Source of the DNA: Candidatus Micrarchaeota archaeon
Lineage (GTDB): Archaea > Iainarchaeota > Iainarchaeia > Iainarchaeales > JAGVWC01
Direction: 5' to 3'
Length of the DNA stretch: 47,581 nt
Assembly: GCA_043803815.1 (NCBI GenBank)
Contig: JAZDJR010000017.1
Span: 1-47,581 of the forward strand
Positions within the stretch are counted from its first letter, which is position 1. Each line of letters opens with the position of its first letter. The notes below the pieces were generated by a model that was not told the DNA's origin, made no database searches, and saw nothing but the letters and a program-made list of their open reading frames with translations. Positions 9,243 to 18,889 of the stretch are shown here, piece after piece. A program made the translations under genes and the position numbers.

Positions 9243-12200
9243 CAGGGTTCCCCCACTATTCCAAAACCGTCCAAATTGGAAGGCTGATTGGCAGGCGCTA
9301 CGTGGGGAACCACGACGAATTCGGCAAACGAAGAATAGGTCTGGCTAAACGAATCGCCGGGCTTTGCGACAAACGCGATAATCGGAATGTAACCCAGCGG
9401 GCTTGCGGGCAAAACCGCAACGGAAACGGTTTTGGTTTCATTGGAGTGCAAGACAAAATCTGTCGGGTCAAATCCGTTTCCCGAAAAAACGATTTCAGTG
9501 GACGGATCAATCAAATCGCCGATGGTGGCATCCAAGGAGTGAAGTGAAATGCGCGTATCGGGGCAATTATTCGAAATCACTTTTATTTCATACGAATGGT
9601 TGCGCCGGGCTTGGTCAAACAGCAGGTCGACTTCCGGAGTTGCGGGGTTCGCGTCGATTTGGATGCAGTACAATCCCGCGCTTTGGGTGGGCGGAGTTCC
9701 TCCCAGAATCGAAATGCGGGCGGACGCAAAATCTTCCTTGGAAGCCTGTACAACGGCGCATTCCTGCGGGCCAATCGCATAATTTGAAAAATCGGTTTTT
9801 CCGTCCGCATCGGTAATTCCGGTTTGGTAGGACGAATCCAAGGGATTGAACTGGAAAGCGTTGATGTCCGGAGCACAGGCTTTTTGGATTTTGACCACGG
9901 CATCTTCTACTGGTTCCAATGTAACCGCATTTAATACGGTGATGGAAAGATTATGCGGAAAATTTGGGTCAAGCGAATACGAAACATGCAATTGATTTTG
10001 GCCGCTAATTTCAAACGCAATGGCCGGTTCGTTGGAACCGTCCGTTATTTCCTCGTCCGCGGAAAAAATTCCGTTTAATATGCTCTGGCTTGTTGCAAAA
10101 AGGGTTTGAAGCCGCGCCGGATGCAATACGCCGTACGAAAAACGCCCCGGCGGAACGGTTTGGTTCGCAAAGCCGTTGTCGGATACGATTTCGATTTCGC
10201 CGCCAAGAGACGAAAACGACAATGCGGCATTTGAAAACGGCTGCGAAGACAAATTGTACAATTTGTACTGCAAATCGTATTCGGAATTATTATTCAGGAT
10301 AGGAACGGGGTCGGCGGTTACTTCCACAAATTGGTTTTGGTCTTTGGGAGAATACAAAAACTGCCAGTACAAAGAATTGCAGTTCAGCTGGCAGGCGGCT
10401 TCGCCGATGACAAACCGCTTAAACGACAAACCCGAAAAAATGTTCCAGTCCGCGAAACGCGCTTTGGAATGAAAATACAAAAAAATCTCTGTTCCGTCTT
10501 GTGCATTTTGATTGGTGTCAAACGCGACGCGGATTTCATAGGTTCCCTGTCCCAAAGCCGACCAGGAAATGTTGGCTTGCTTGGCTGGCGTTTCGGAACC
10601 CACCAAAGGCGGCGGATTCGAAAACGGGTCGGAAGGGTCCAGCATTTGTGAAAAAATAATGGACTGCAGGTTTTCCAAGGGCACAACCGCGTTTTTAATC
10701 GCCAAAGGGTTTTCAAAAACCAAAAGCAATTCCTGTTTTCCCGCTTCAAAATGACCGACCGGAAGAAGATATTCCCCGCCTTCGGACAAGCCAAGCGAAA
10801 ACACCGCCCAATAGCGCTTGCCCGCTTCCATAACCTGCGCAGGTTCTCCCGCGTCATCCAGCAACTGGTTAAAAGCCAAAAAAATTTCGGCGTTGGAATC
10901 AAATCCCAACGGGCTTAAAAAAATCGGTGCGAGTTCCGTAGTCTGGTTGGCAACCACCTGATTTTCGGCTGTTGTGTGGTCCAAATAGCCTGCTTTGGAT
11001 ACTTCAAAAAAAACCATTCGGTTAACCGAAAACGAATCGGTTGTCCATTCTCCCTGCGAATCGGTCTGGCCGGTTTGCAATAATTCATTGTTGCCGTCCA
11101 AAACCGCATACGCGCGAACCGTTGCATCGGCAATCGGCTCGCTTGAATTCAAATCCAGCACGGTTAATCGGAAGCTTCCGTTCAGGTCTTCCAATTGCAC
11201 AGGAAAATTAATGCGCTGGCCGATTGGAACGATTTTTTGGACGGACGTTCCCATAGCGCCGTCTTTGATTGCAAAAACAAAATATTTTCCGTTGGAATCC
11301 AAGGCCGGCAAATTGGAAAACAACGCTTCTCCCGAATCGTTGGACAAAAACGGGCCCATCAAAGGATTTACAAAACCTGTCCGGTACAAATAAACCCTGC
11401 TATCCGAAACAAACGGCTCTTCCAGGGACGAAATAATCGCCAGGGCTTCCCCGAAATTCTTGGGATCGGTCTGGCGCGGCTGCAATTGAATAATCAGGGG
11501 AGAAGAATCGGACGAATCCTTGGGAACAATATTTGGAACCGCTTTTAACAAATACGACGCATGAAAAACAACCGCGGAAAAAACATCGCCGGCCAAAACA
11601 ACCACTGCCTGTTCGGCAAATCCGTTCAAATCCGAAGACTTGGAGGACAACAGCAAATTATTTTTATAAAATTTGACATTAGCCTGGCTGACACTCTGTC
11701 CGGTATTTTGGTCTACCAGTTTTACTAAAATTTTTTTGGCAACCAACGGCGGGTTTCCAATGTTCAGATTAACATCCGTAGTTTGGCCGCCAACAATTGC
11801 AATCGATTTTGTGGCCAGCCTGCCGTCGGATTCCATAAACGCGGTTACGGCATAGGTTCCAGCCGCCAATTCAAACACGGCGCGTCCCTGAGAATTCGAA
11901 ACGAGTTCCTGAACCGACGGCTCGCTTGCGGTTGAAACCGTCAATCTTGCACCCGTTACCGGCTGATTTGAACCGTTTGTTACTTTTACCGCGAGCATTC
12001 CCGAAGACTGAACCGCCAAAGGCACAAGCAAAAAATCCTGCGGCGTTTTGGTCACCGGAACATTGGACAAGGGCAGATACGAATGGCTTGGCTGCACACT
12101 GGCATACAATGTTCCGCATTCGGCGGTTTTATTCACTTCCACTTTTCCGGAGGAAGTTGTTTTTGGGCCGACGACTTGATTCCGGTCTTCGCACAAAAAC

Positions 12201-12775
12201 GAAACCGCCAATGTTTGGCTTGAAATCAATAATCCGGTGCCCTTGTCCTTGAATTTCAGCAGATATGTTGCCGCCAGATTCGCGGAGCTCGCAAGGTCGG
12301 GAAACAACACGACCAGCTTTGGAGTGCCGGCTGAAAGCGAAACCGTTTCGTCAAACTCCTTGAAGTTCGGCTCCTTGATTTGAACCCGAACCGATTCCAC
12401 TGATTTTTTCAACTGCACTTGCACAACGCCGGCCGAGGTCGTTCTTCCGATGACAAAAGTGCTTGCACCTTCGGGCAAAAAACTGACCTTAAAGCCGCTT
12501 AACGAAGCGCCTTGGTTATCCACGACTTTTAGGCTGGCTATAAATGCCCCTTGGTTTGCATTGGACAAAAAACCCAAACCCACTAATGCCAAGCCGAAAA
12601 TAATTCCCAAAAAAAGCAAAAAAACCAGCACAAAACTCGGAAAAAAACGGTCAATCGGGTCGATTACCGAATAAACCGGAAATTTTTCGTCGACTTTGTC
12701 CAAAAAATCGTAATAGCCGTCTTCCAGCGAAAAATAAAACTGCTTTAAGCCTTCCAAAATATCGTCAAAACCCAA
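9242..12775 (-). CDS. Large membrane-anchored surface protein with repeated carboxypeptidase-regulatory-like (prealbumin-fold) beta-sandwich domains
   Basis: One N-terminal TM helix; repeated V-x-D...P-V/I-x-x-A-x-V...T-D-x-x-G motifs. Confidence 0.8.
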   Translation of the reverse strand: MGFDDILEGLKQFYFSLEDGYYDFLDKVDEKFPVYSVIDPIDRFFPSFVLVFLLFLGIIFGLALVGLGFLSNANQGAFIASLKVVDNQGASLSGFKVSFLPEGASTFVIGRTTSAGVVQVQLKKSVESVRVQIKEPNFKEFDETVSLSAGTPKLVVLFPDLASSANLAATYLLKFKDKGTGLLISSQTLAVSFLCEDRNQVVGPKTTSSGKVEVNKTAECGTLYASVQPSHSYLPLSNVPVTKTPQDFLLVPLAVQSSGMLAVKVTNGSNQPVTGARLTVSTASEPSVQELVSNSQGRAVFELAAGTYAVTAFMESDGRLATKSIAIVGGQTTDVNLNIGNPPLVAKKILVKLVDQNTGQSVSQANVKFYKNNLLLSSKSSDLNGFAEQAVVVLAGDVFSAVVFHASYLLKAVPNIVPKDSSDSSPLIIQLQPRQTDPKNFGEALAIISSLEEPFVSDSRVYLYRTGFVNPLMGPFLSNDSGEALFSNLPALDSNGKYFVFAIKDGAMGTSVQKIVPIGQRINFPVQLEDLNGSFRLTVLDLNSSEPIADATVRAYAVLDGNNELLQTGQTDSQGEWTTDSFSVNRMVFFEVSKAGYLDHTTAENQVVANQTTELAPIFLSPLGFDSNAEIFLAFNQLLDDAGEPAQVMEAGKRYWAVFSLGLSEGGEYLLPVGHFEAGKQELLLVFENPLAIKNAVVPLENLQSIIFSQMLDPSDPFSNPPPLVGSETPAKQANISWSALGQGTYEIRVAFDTNQNAQDGTEIFLYFHSKARFADWNIFSGLSFKRFVIGEAACQLNCNSLYWQFLYSPKDQNQFVEVTADPVPILNNNSEYDLQYKLYNLSSQPFSNAALSFSSLGGEIEIVSDNGFANQTVPPGRFSYGVLHPARLQTLFATSQSILNGIFSADEEITDGSNEPAIAFEISGQNQLHVSYSLDPNFPHNLSITVLNAVTLEPVEDAVVKIQKACAPDINAFQFNPLDSSYQTGITDADGKTDFSNYAIGPQECAVVQASKEDFASARISILGGTPPTQSAGLYCIQIDANPATPEVDLLFDQARRNHSYEIKVISNNCPDTRISLHSLDATIGDLIDPSTEIVFSGNGFDPTDFVLHSNETKTVSVAVLPASPLGYIPIIAFVAKPGDSFSQTYSSFAEFVVVPHVAPANQPSNLDGFGIVGEP

Positions 12776-12999
12776 AAACCCACCGCCTGAAACAATGCAA
12801 TACTTACGGGTTTTCAGTATTAAAATGATTATGATTTTTCATTGAAAAAAAGCGATAAAAGCCGAAAAACTTGTAAAACAAACCAAGACCGAACAACCCT
12901 TAAAAATTTAAAACGGTTTTTGGCTTTTTCCTGTGCAAAAAAACACCTTAATATAGCTGCTTGAACAAAGATATTTCATACAAAAAAACGGTGTCTTAC

Positions 13000-15111
13000 T
13001 TGAATCCAAACTCCGACAAAAAAGAAATGACAATCGCAATCGTTATTCTTGTTCTTGCGGTTGCAGTCGTGGCATTGGTTGCGGTTGTTCCCACAACACC
13101 CGGCCACCCCGGCAATCCAAATAACCCTGCCGCGGATGCCCAACCAATCCCAAAATTTTCTTCCTGCTCCGCATTAAAAGCATCTTTTGAAGAAGCGCGG
13201 CAAAACGAACGGAACTACGGGTTTGGAATGGAAAAAATGCTGACCGGAATGCCCATGGCGGCTCAAAGCACGGGCTCATCCGCAGATGGCTCTTCGAATC
13301 AAGGCCCGGCCTATTCCACGACCAATGTTCAGGTCGAAGGAGTGGACGAGGCCGACATCGTGAAGACAAACGGCGAATATATTTATACTTTGACCGAGGG
13401 CGCCTTGACGATTTCAAAAGCGTATCCTGCACAAGAAGCCGGATTGGTTTCCTATACTCCGCTGAACGAAGAAAACGAAATCAATGCGGAAAACCAAGGA
13501 TATTCCGGAATGCAGCCCCAAGAAATGTTTTTGGACGGGGAATTTGTCCTTATTTTTGGAAACCAATGGATGAACATTTTTCCAGAGCCGCTTGAAAACA
13601 CAAACGCAGGTTCAGGCAGCGGCATGATGCCTCCGCGGTATTACAGCGGCAATTCGGTTACCGTAATGCAATTATGGAATGTTTCCGACAAAACAAGCCC
13701 CCGCCTTGTAAAAACTGCGGAATTGGAAGGCGAATACGTGAGTTCCCGCAAAATCGGAAGCACGGCTTTTTTTGTCATCAGCACCTCGCCGCAAAGAATC
13801 TGGACGGAAAACGTTTTGCAGGAACAAATGCTGCCCCAATACCGCGAAAAAACCGGAACCCTTTCCACCGACGATATCTTCAAGCCTTCCTGCGGCTGCG
13901 CGGACGTTGGATATTTGGAACCCACACAGCCCGAATCGTTCATTACAATCGGCTCATTGGAAATGACAAACCCAAAAGCGGAAATCAAAAAACAAATCAT
14001 TGTCGGAAGCGGTGAAAACGTCTACGCTTCGTTGAACAACCTGTACGTTGCCCAAAGCAGTTATAATTATCCGAAACTTTTTCCAATTCCAATGGTGCGC
14101 GAAATCACCAGAGGCATTTTCGAAATTGCAAACCCCGAACCGGCCGAAACAACCACGGTTCACAAGTTTTCCCTTGCCAACAACACCGTTTCGTATTTGG
14201 GTTTAATGCAGGCGCCGGGCCATATTTTGAACCAGTTTTCCATGGACAAATTTGACAATCATTTCCGCATTGCCACCACGATCGGCGAAGTATGGAACAC
14301 CCAGAAAAAATCGACGAACAATATTTTTATTTTTGACAGCGAACTGAAAAAAACGGGTTCTTTGGAAGACCTTGCGCCGGGAGAAAAGATTTATTCCGCC
14401 CGCTTTATGGGGGCGCGCGGTTATCTTGTGACGTTCAAAAAAGTCGACCCGTTTTTCGTGATTGACTTGAGCAACCCTTCCTCGCCGCAGGTTTTAGGAA
14501 AATTAAAAATTCCCGGCTATTCGGATTACCTGCACCCGTTTGACGAAACGCACATAATCGGAGTCGGAAAAAATACGATTGAAGCGTCAGACGAACTCGT
14601 TGGACAGCGCGGACTGGATTTCGCATGGTACCAGGGAATCAAAATCGCCTTGTTTGACGTAACGGACGTCGCAAACCCCAAAGAAATGTACAAAGTCGAT
14701 ATTGGAGACCGGGGAACGGATTCTCCCGCCTTGCACGACCACAAAGCGTTCTTGTTCGACAAGGAAAAACAATTACTGGCAATTCCAATTACCTTGGCGG
14801 AAATTTCAAGCGAACAAAAACAAGGAGCCGACAATTCCAACTATCCCCTTTACGGAGAATTCACGTTCCAAGGCGCCTACGTGTACAATTTGTCCCTGGA
14901 AAACGGCTTTCAATTAAAAGGAAAGATTACGCATGATTCCGGCGGGGAAAACGCATTAAAATCGGGGTATTATTACAGCGGAAACATCGGAATCCTCCGC
15001 TCGCTTTACATCGGAAACGTCCTGTACACCGTTTCCGACGCCAAGATTTTGGCCAACGATTTGGCAACTTTGGGCGAATTAAAGGAAATAAAACTGGAAC
15101 CCAAAGCATAA
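13000..15111 (+). CDS. Secreted/membrane-anchored beta-propeller domain protein (Beta_propel family)
   Basis: YSTTNVQVEGVDEADIVKT, LNQFSMD, GEKIYSARF, VDPFFVIDL, LKIPGYSDYLHP motifs; start could be TTG 13000 or ATG 13027. Confidence 0.92.
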   Translation: MNPNSDKKEMTIAIVILVLAVAVVALVAVVPTTPGHPGNPNNPAADAQPIPKFSSCSALKASFEEARQNERNYGFGMEKMLTGMPMAAQSTGSSADGSSNQGPAYSTTNVQVEGVDEADIVKTNGEYIYTLTEGALTISKAYPAQEAGLVSYTPLNEENEINAENQGYSGMQPQEMFLDGEFVLIFGNQWMNIFPEPLENTNAGSGSGMMPPRYYSGNSVTVMQLWNVSDKTSPRLVKTAELEGEYVSSRKIGSTAFFVISTSPQRIWTENVLQEQMLPQYREKTGTLSTDDIFKPSCGCADVGYLEPTQPESFITIGSLEMTNPKAEIKKQIIVGSGENVYASLNNLYVAQSSYNYPKLFPIPMVREITRGIFEIANPEPAETTTVHKFSLANNTVSYLGLMQAPGHILNQFSMDKFDNHFRIATTIGEVWNTQKKSTNNIFIFDSELKKTGSLEDLAPGEKIYSARFMGARGYLVTFKKVDPFFVIDLSNPSSPQVLGKLKIPGYSDYLHPFDETHIIGVGKNTIEASDELVGQRGLDFAWYQGIKIALFDVTDVANPKEMYKVDIGDRGTDSPALHDHKAFLFDKEKQLLAIPITLAEISSEQKQGADNSNYPLYGEFTFQGAYVYNLSLENGFQLKGKITHDSGGENALKSGYYYSGNIGILRSLYIGNVLYTVSDAKILANDLATLGELKEIKLEPKA

Positions 15112-15198
15112 CCATAACAAAAGTCGGCAAGCGAATCGAACCAAAACCGACCAATCCTTGAACATTTAAAAACTGTTTTGTTTGTGGGTAATACGAGC

Positions 15199-16287
15199 AT
15201 GCAAGTGCAGCCCAAAACCGAAAAAACGGATTCTTCAAACCGGGCTCGCCATCTCAAACCGCTTTTCCAATCCGAAAACGCCTCTTTTTACCAAGCCGAT
15301 TTTCCAAACGCACCGCAAGGATTTGAAACCTACGTCGTTTCCACCCCTGAATCCGCCAAAATGCTTTCCGACCCTTTTGTCATCGGCCAAGACTACCGAA
15401 ACGCGCTCGGTTCCGCGGTAACCGCGGCATTATCCAGGCCTCAAATCCAAAAACATTTGGAAAAACTCTCCGACTCGCAAATCAATGTCCTGCATTTTTT
15501 ACGCGGCGGATTGTCATACCAAGTTCTGGAAGCGCTTGCCAAAACCGGCCGCCCGTTTGCCAAAGGCTCATTCATGTCATCTGAACGAAAAGCGGTTCCA
15601 AGCAAAACCGAACCGAACTGCACGGAATGGAAAATCCACAAGGACCAATACATCGAACTCAATTTGGAACCCAACACCGCGCTTTTCATCGGCGATATCA
15701 CGGCTTCCGGCTCCACCATCAAAAGCGGATTAGCCAAAATACTCGAACGATTCGGCGACTCCAAAGCCGCAAGCGTCAAACAAATCGTTTTTTTTACCAC
15801 CGGCGGATTCATCACCGAAGAAATCATGCTGGACTTCCACGAAAAATTCAAAAAAACATTTCCGAACTACGAACGCACCCAGCTGGTTTTTACCGAAGGC
15901 ATTTTCCACGTGGCCGACAGCCAAAATCCCGTGCACAACAAGACTCCCGGAACCGACCTTGTCGCGTGGAACGCGGTTTTGGCCCCCGAATTCGAAGAAC
16001 TTTTGCGGCAAAACCCGTTAATCGGCCTTGAAGCCTGCATGATTTACGACGGCGGAAGCCGCTCGTTTGATTTTTCCAAGCACTTTGACTGCGCGCTCAA
16101 ATACGCGCACGAAGTCAGGGAATCCCTGGAAAAAGGAATCAACGCGTTTGACTTGATTTCTGACCGCTGGAGCGGCGCTTCCCTTCTTTCCGAAAACGCG
16201 CGAAAAAAACTTTCGGAACCAAAGACCGGCCTTGACTGGGTTAAAACACGCGAAGAAAAAATCAGACAGCTAACCAAAAACGATTAA
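15199..16287 (+). CDS. Uncharacterised type I phosphoribosyltransferase-fold protein (UPRTase-like)
   Basis: HFLRGGL (cf. UPRT ILRAGL) and PRPP loop-like LFIGDITASGST. Confidence 0.6.
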   Translation: MQVQPKTEKTDSSNRARHLKPLFQSENASFYQADFPNAPQGFETYVVSTPESAKMLSDPFVIGQDYRNALGSAVTAALSRPQIQKHLEKLSDSQINVLHFLRGGLSYQVLEALAKTGRPFAKGSFMSSERKAVPSKTEPNCTEWKIHKDQYIELNLEPNTALFIGDITASGSTIKSGLAKILERFGDSKAASVKQIVFFTTGGFITEEIMLDFHEKFKKTFPNYERTQLVFTEGIFHVADSQNPVHNKTPGTDLVAWNAVLAPEFEELLRQNPLIGLEACMIYDGGSRSFDFSKHFDCALKYAHEVRESLEKGINAFDLISDRWSGASLLSENARKKLSEPKTGLDWVKTREEKIRQLTKND

Positions 16288-16344
16288 AATTCCGTTTAAG
16301 CGGCTAAAATTTTTTTGAACTGTCTATTTTGAAAAAATAAATTC

Positions 16345-16440
16345 TTATTTTTGGTCTTGCGCTGTCGCGGCTTTGTTTCTTTTTCTTTTTTCCAAAAAAA
16401 CCGCGAACAACACAAGCAGCCAATTGAACGTAAATTTCAT
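16345..16440 (-). CDS. Putative 31-aa peptide MKFTFNWLLVLFAVFLEKRKRNKAATAQDQK
   Basis: GGTGA RBS 4 nt before the ATG; hydrophobic core and basic tail; below the ORF-track cutoff. Confidence 0.4.
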   Translation of the reverse strand: MKFTFNWLLVLFAVFLEKRKRNKAATAQDQK

Positions 16441-16460
16441 TAGGTCACCAAAAAAATAAC

Positions 16461-16510
16461 GGCCTCAGTTCGCCCATCTCTTTGCAAAGATGGTTCAAAA
16501 TAGACACCAA
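16461..16510. repeat. Cassette-boundary repeat, copy 1
   Basis: GGCCTCAGTTCGCCCATCT CTTTGC AAAGATG GTTCAAAATAGACACCAA; internal IR CCATCT-N8-AGATGG. Confidence 0.9.
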
Positions 16511-16524
16511 CCTTTCTTGTTCCT

Positions 16525-17451
16525 TCAAAGTTTCGTCGTCATCACGAGCGCCAGGGTGTAAGTCTTTTTTGAATCTGAAAATAGTTTAACTATTTTTAAT
16601 CCAGTGGATGAGAACAGTTTCGAAAGCGCTTGAGGGGTGGCCTTGTAGGAGAGCATCAGCAGAATCTTTTGTCCTTTTTTCAGGTCTAACGGCGGATGCT
16701 CGAATCTTAGGTTCTTTTTGATAACAAACCGGGTTTCGACCTGGCTCTTTTCTTTATTGAATTTGACTTCGAACGCACCATCTGCCAATTGGATTCCGAT
16801 GGAACGCAGAACATTGGATTGGATAGCAAACAAAGCCGGATTCCGGTATTTTTCCAAGAGATTTTCAGTGTTTGTTGAGACATTTTCGATTCCAATGAGG
16901 GCGTAATCGTTTCGAGTCATGCTTTCCCGGATGTTGGTAAGAACGCGGCTTTTGTTCCAGCAATTGCCGAGGGTATTTCCCAAAAACAGGAAAAGATTGG
17001 GCCGATCCCTGTGTTTATGGGAAATATTCGACAAGTTTCCTTCCTCGAAATCCTGGACCGCCGGATGGATTTGAATATTCTTGATTTTCTTGATTTCAGA
17101 ACAAGCAATATCCAGCATATCTGCACTGATGTCGATTGGAACATACTTTACCGCGCGGTCTTTAGCCATTTCTTTGAGCAGGATAGACGCCTTGGTCCCG
17201 TCTCCGCAACCCAGGTCGAACACATTGCAGGGTCCAGTGGTGCGGGAGATAGAAGCCGCGTTGTCTGTCAACAAAGCTTTTTCGGTCCTGCTCAGACCGT
17301 ATGCCCGGTCGTTGGCGGCTTTTTTCCAGAGCATCGCCCCCTTGTTGAGATATTCAAATTTCAAGGGGATTTCGCTACGACCCTGAATCGCTGTGAGGAA
17401 TTCAGAAATCTGGTCTTGGGAAGAAAAGAAATTATCCTTCATTTTGCTCAC
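16525..17451 (-). CDS. EgtD-like (L-histidine N-alpha-methyltransferase family) SAM-dependent methyltransferase
   Basis: EIPLKFEY, YGLSRTEKALL, DLGCGDGTK, YVPIDIS, FLFLGNTLGN and late SYK motif match the Methyltransf_33 family. Confidence 0.85.
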   Translation of the reverse strand: MSKMKDNFFSSQDQISEFLTAIQGRSEIPLKFEYLNKGAMLWKKAANDRAYGLSRTEKALLTDNAASISRTTGPCNVFDLGCGDGTKASILLKEMAKDRAVKYVPIDISADMLDIACSEIKKIKNIQIHPAVQDFEEGNLSNISHKHRDRPNLFLFLGNTLGNCWNKSRVLTNIRESMTRNDYALIGIENVSTNTENLLEKYRNPALFAIQSNVLRSIGIQLADGAFEVKFNKEKSQVETRFVIKKNLRFEHPPLDLKKGQKILLMLSYKATPQALSKLFSSTGLKIVKLFSDSKKTYTLALVMTTKL

Positions 17452-17499
17452 CGATATTCTTCATTTGTATGTGGAAATGAATTTCAATCCCCTTTTCGG

Positions 17500-18723
17500 T
17501 CATGCGTATTTCATCTTCTGGTTGGTCTGCCTGAGCGAGTGCAACACGAGTTGTTTCATCAGCGTGGTGAAGTTTTTGTCGTTTCGTTCTTTGGATAATT
17601 TGGTCAGGTTCATGTACGGTTCGATAAAACCAGCCGGAAACGTAATCAATGGAAATCCTTTGAGTAATAGCGTATGTACAAACAAAGCCCTAGAGGTTCT
17701 TGAATTCCCGTCGATAAAAGGATGGATTCGTTGGAATTCGTTGTGCAAATATGCAGCCAGCTCAACGGTCTCGTGCGGTTTCATTTTTTTGTAAGCGTTT
17801 TGTTTGTAATATTCGAATAAATCGTCTAGTCGCCTTGGAACTTCTTTCCAGTCCGCAGTCTTGAATTCTGGGTTCCCTTTTATTTTGACGTTTTGCATCC
17901 GGAGTTGTCCTGCTCCGGCTTCAAGTGTTCCCATTGCTTTTTCATGGAACTCGAGTACGGAACGCAAATCAAGCCCTTTCGGTTCTCTAATAAAAATATC
18001 GAGTGCTTTTTTGTAATTGGTGATTTCTTGCATTTCTTGGAACGTTCTGGTTTTGGGCGGGGTGTTTTCTTTGATAAGTCTTTCCGTTTCGGATAAAGTC
18101 GTCGTGTTTCCTTCAAGGGAAAGACTTCGATGGATGAACCGAATTTCATCGTCAATATTGACCGGTTTAGACGTTTTTTTGAAAGTAGAAAATTCTCTTT
18201 CAATTTGGTTATTCAGATTTTCTTCATCCGCTCCCTCGTATACTGGCGCAGACTTCACTTCCGCTTTTTCGCGAAACAGTTCTACAACCGTTTCCAAGTA
18301 GTGCGGACACACCACGCGGGCGGAAAACGGTTTTCGGGAGTCAATTAAAATAAAACCGTGTTTGGCCAAAAAAACCGAAATTCTTGCAACTGTTTTGTAA
18401 TCGAATGGCAGTTCGCTGTCCAATTTATTTTTTAATCCAAACTCGATGAATTCAATCGTCAAATCCAAAAACAATTCGTTGTAATTGATTCCGTCCCGTA
18501 CGCAAAAATCAATGACTCGAAGAAACTTTTTCGCCGCTTCGTTTTTCGCCACAAAATATTGCTTTTGATTCAGGGTAACCAACCCGTCTTCCAGCAACGT
18601 TTGCAAGTGCTTATGAAACGAATCATATTCGGCCGCCGTTTTGCCAAGCTTTCGTACGAGCTGGGCAGTCGTCAGGCCCTCATTAAGAAACACGGAATAC
18701 AAAAGGTCGTATTTGGAAACCAT
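17500..18723 (-). CDS. Fic/DOC-family protein with N-terminal winged HTH
   Basis: Fic motif HPFIDGNSRTSR; inhibitory-type SLSLEGN motif; N-terminal HTH-like segment. Confidence 0.92.
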   Translation of the reverse strand: MVSKYDLLYSVFLNEGLTTAQLVRKLGKTAAEYDSFHKHLQTLLEDGLVTLNQKQYFVAKNEAAKKFLRVIDFCVRDGINYNELFLDLTIEFIEFGLKNKLDSELPFDYKTVARISVFLAKHGFILIDSRKPFSARVVCPHYLETVVELFREKAEVKSAPVYEGADEENLNNQIEREFSTFKKTSKPVNIDDEIRFIHRSLSLEGNTTTLSETERLIKENTPPKTRTFQEMQEITNYKKALDIFIREPKGLDLRSVLEFHEKAMGTLEAGAGQLRMQNVKIKGNPEFKTADWKEVPRRLDDLFEYYKQNAYKKMKPHETVELAAYLHNEFQRIHPFIDGNSRTSRALFVHTLLLKGFPLITFPAGFIEPYMNLTKLSKERNDKNFTTLMKQLVLHSLRQTNQKMKYA

Positions 18724-18756
18724 ATGAATAAAGACCACCCAAAACTATAAAAACAG

Positions 18757-18809
18757 TGCTATTTGGTAGCAAAATTCCGTAAAAAACCGAAAAACAATAC
18801 CAAATAGCA
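18757..18809. promoter_or_regulatory. 12-bp perfect inverted repeat upstream of the Fic gene (candidate operator)
   Basis: TGCTATTTGGTA (18757-18768) ... TACCAAATAGCA (18798-18809), 29-nt spacer. Confidence 0.55.
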
Positions 18810-18819
18810 GTAAAATTCT

Positions 18820-18869
18820 GGCCTCAGTTCGCTCATCTGCGAGAAAAGATGACGCAAAATCTACATTAA
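18820..18869. repeat. Cassette-boundary repeat, copy 2
   Basis: GGCCTCAGTTCGCTCATCT GCGAGA AAAGATG ACGCAAAATCTACATTAA; 37/50 ungapped identity to copy 1; IR TCATCT-N8-AGATGA. Confidence 0.9.
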
Positions 18870-18889
18870 GCGAAATGAAGCGAAACGAC

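Noticed and set aside
9236-9250. Frameshift splitting one giant surface gene
   Set aside because: The junction is a TGATG stop-start overlap and the downstream ORF has its own signal peptide
16525-17451. Ergothioneine biosynthesis operon
   Set aside because: No egtB/egtC/egtE in the window, so only family membership is supported
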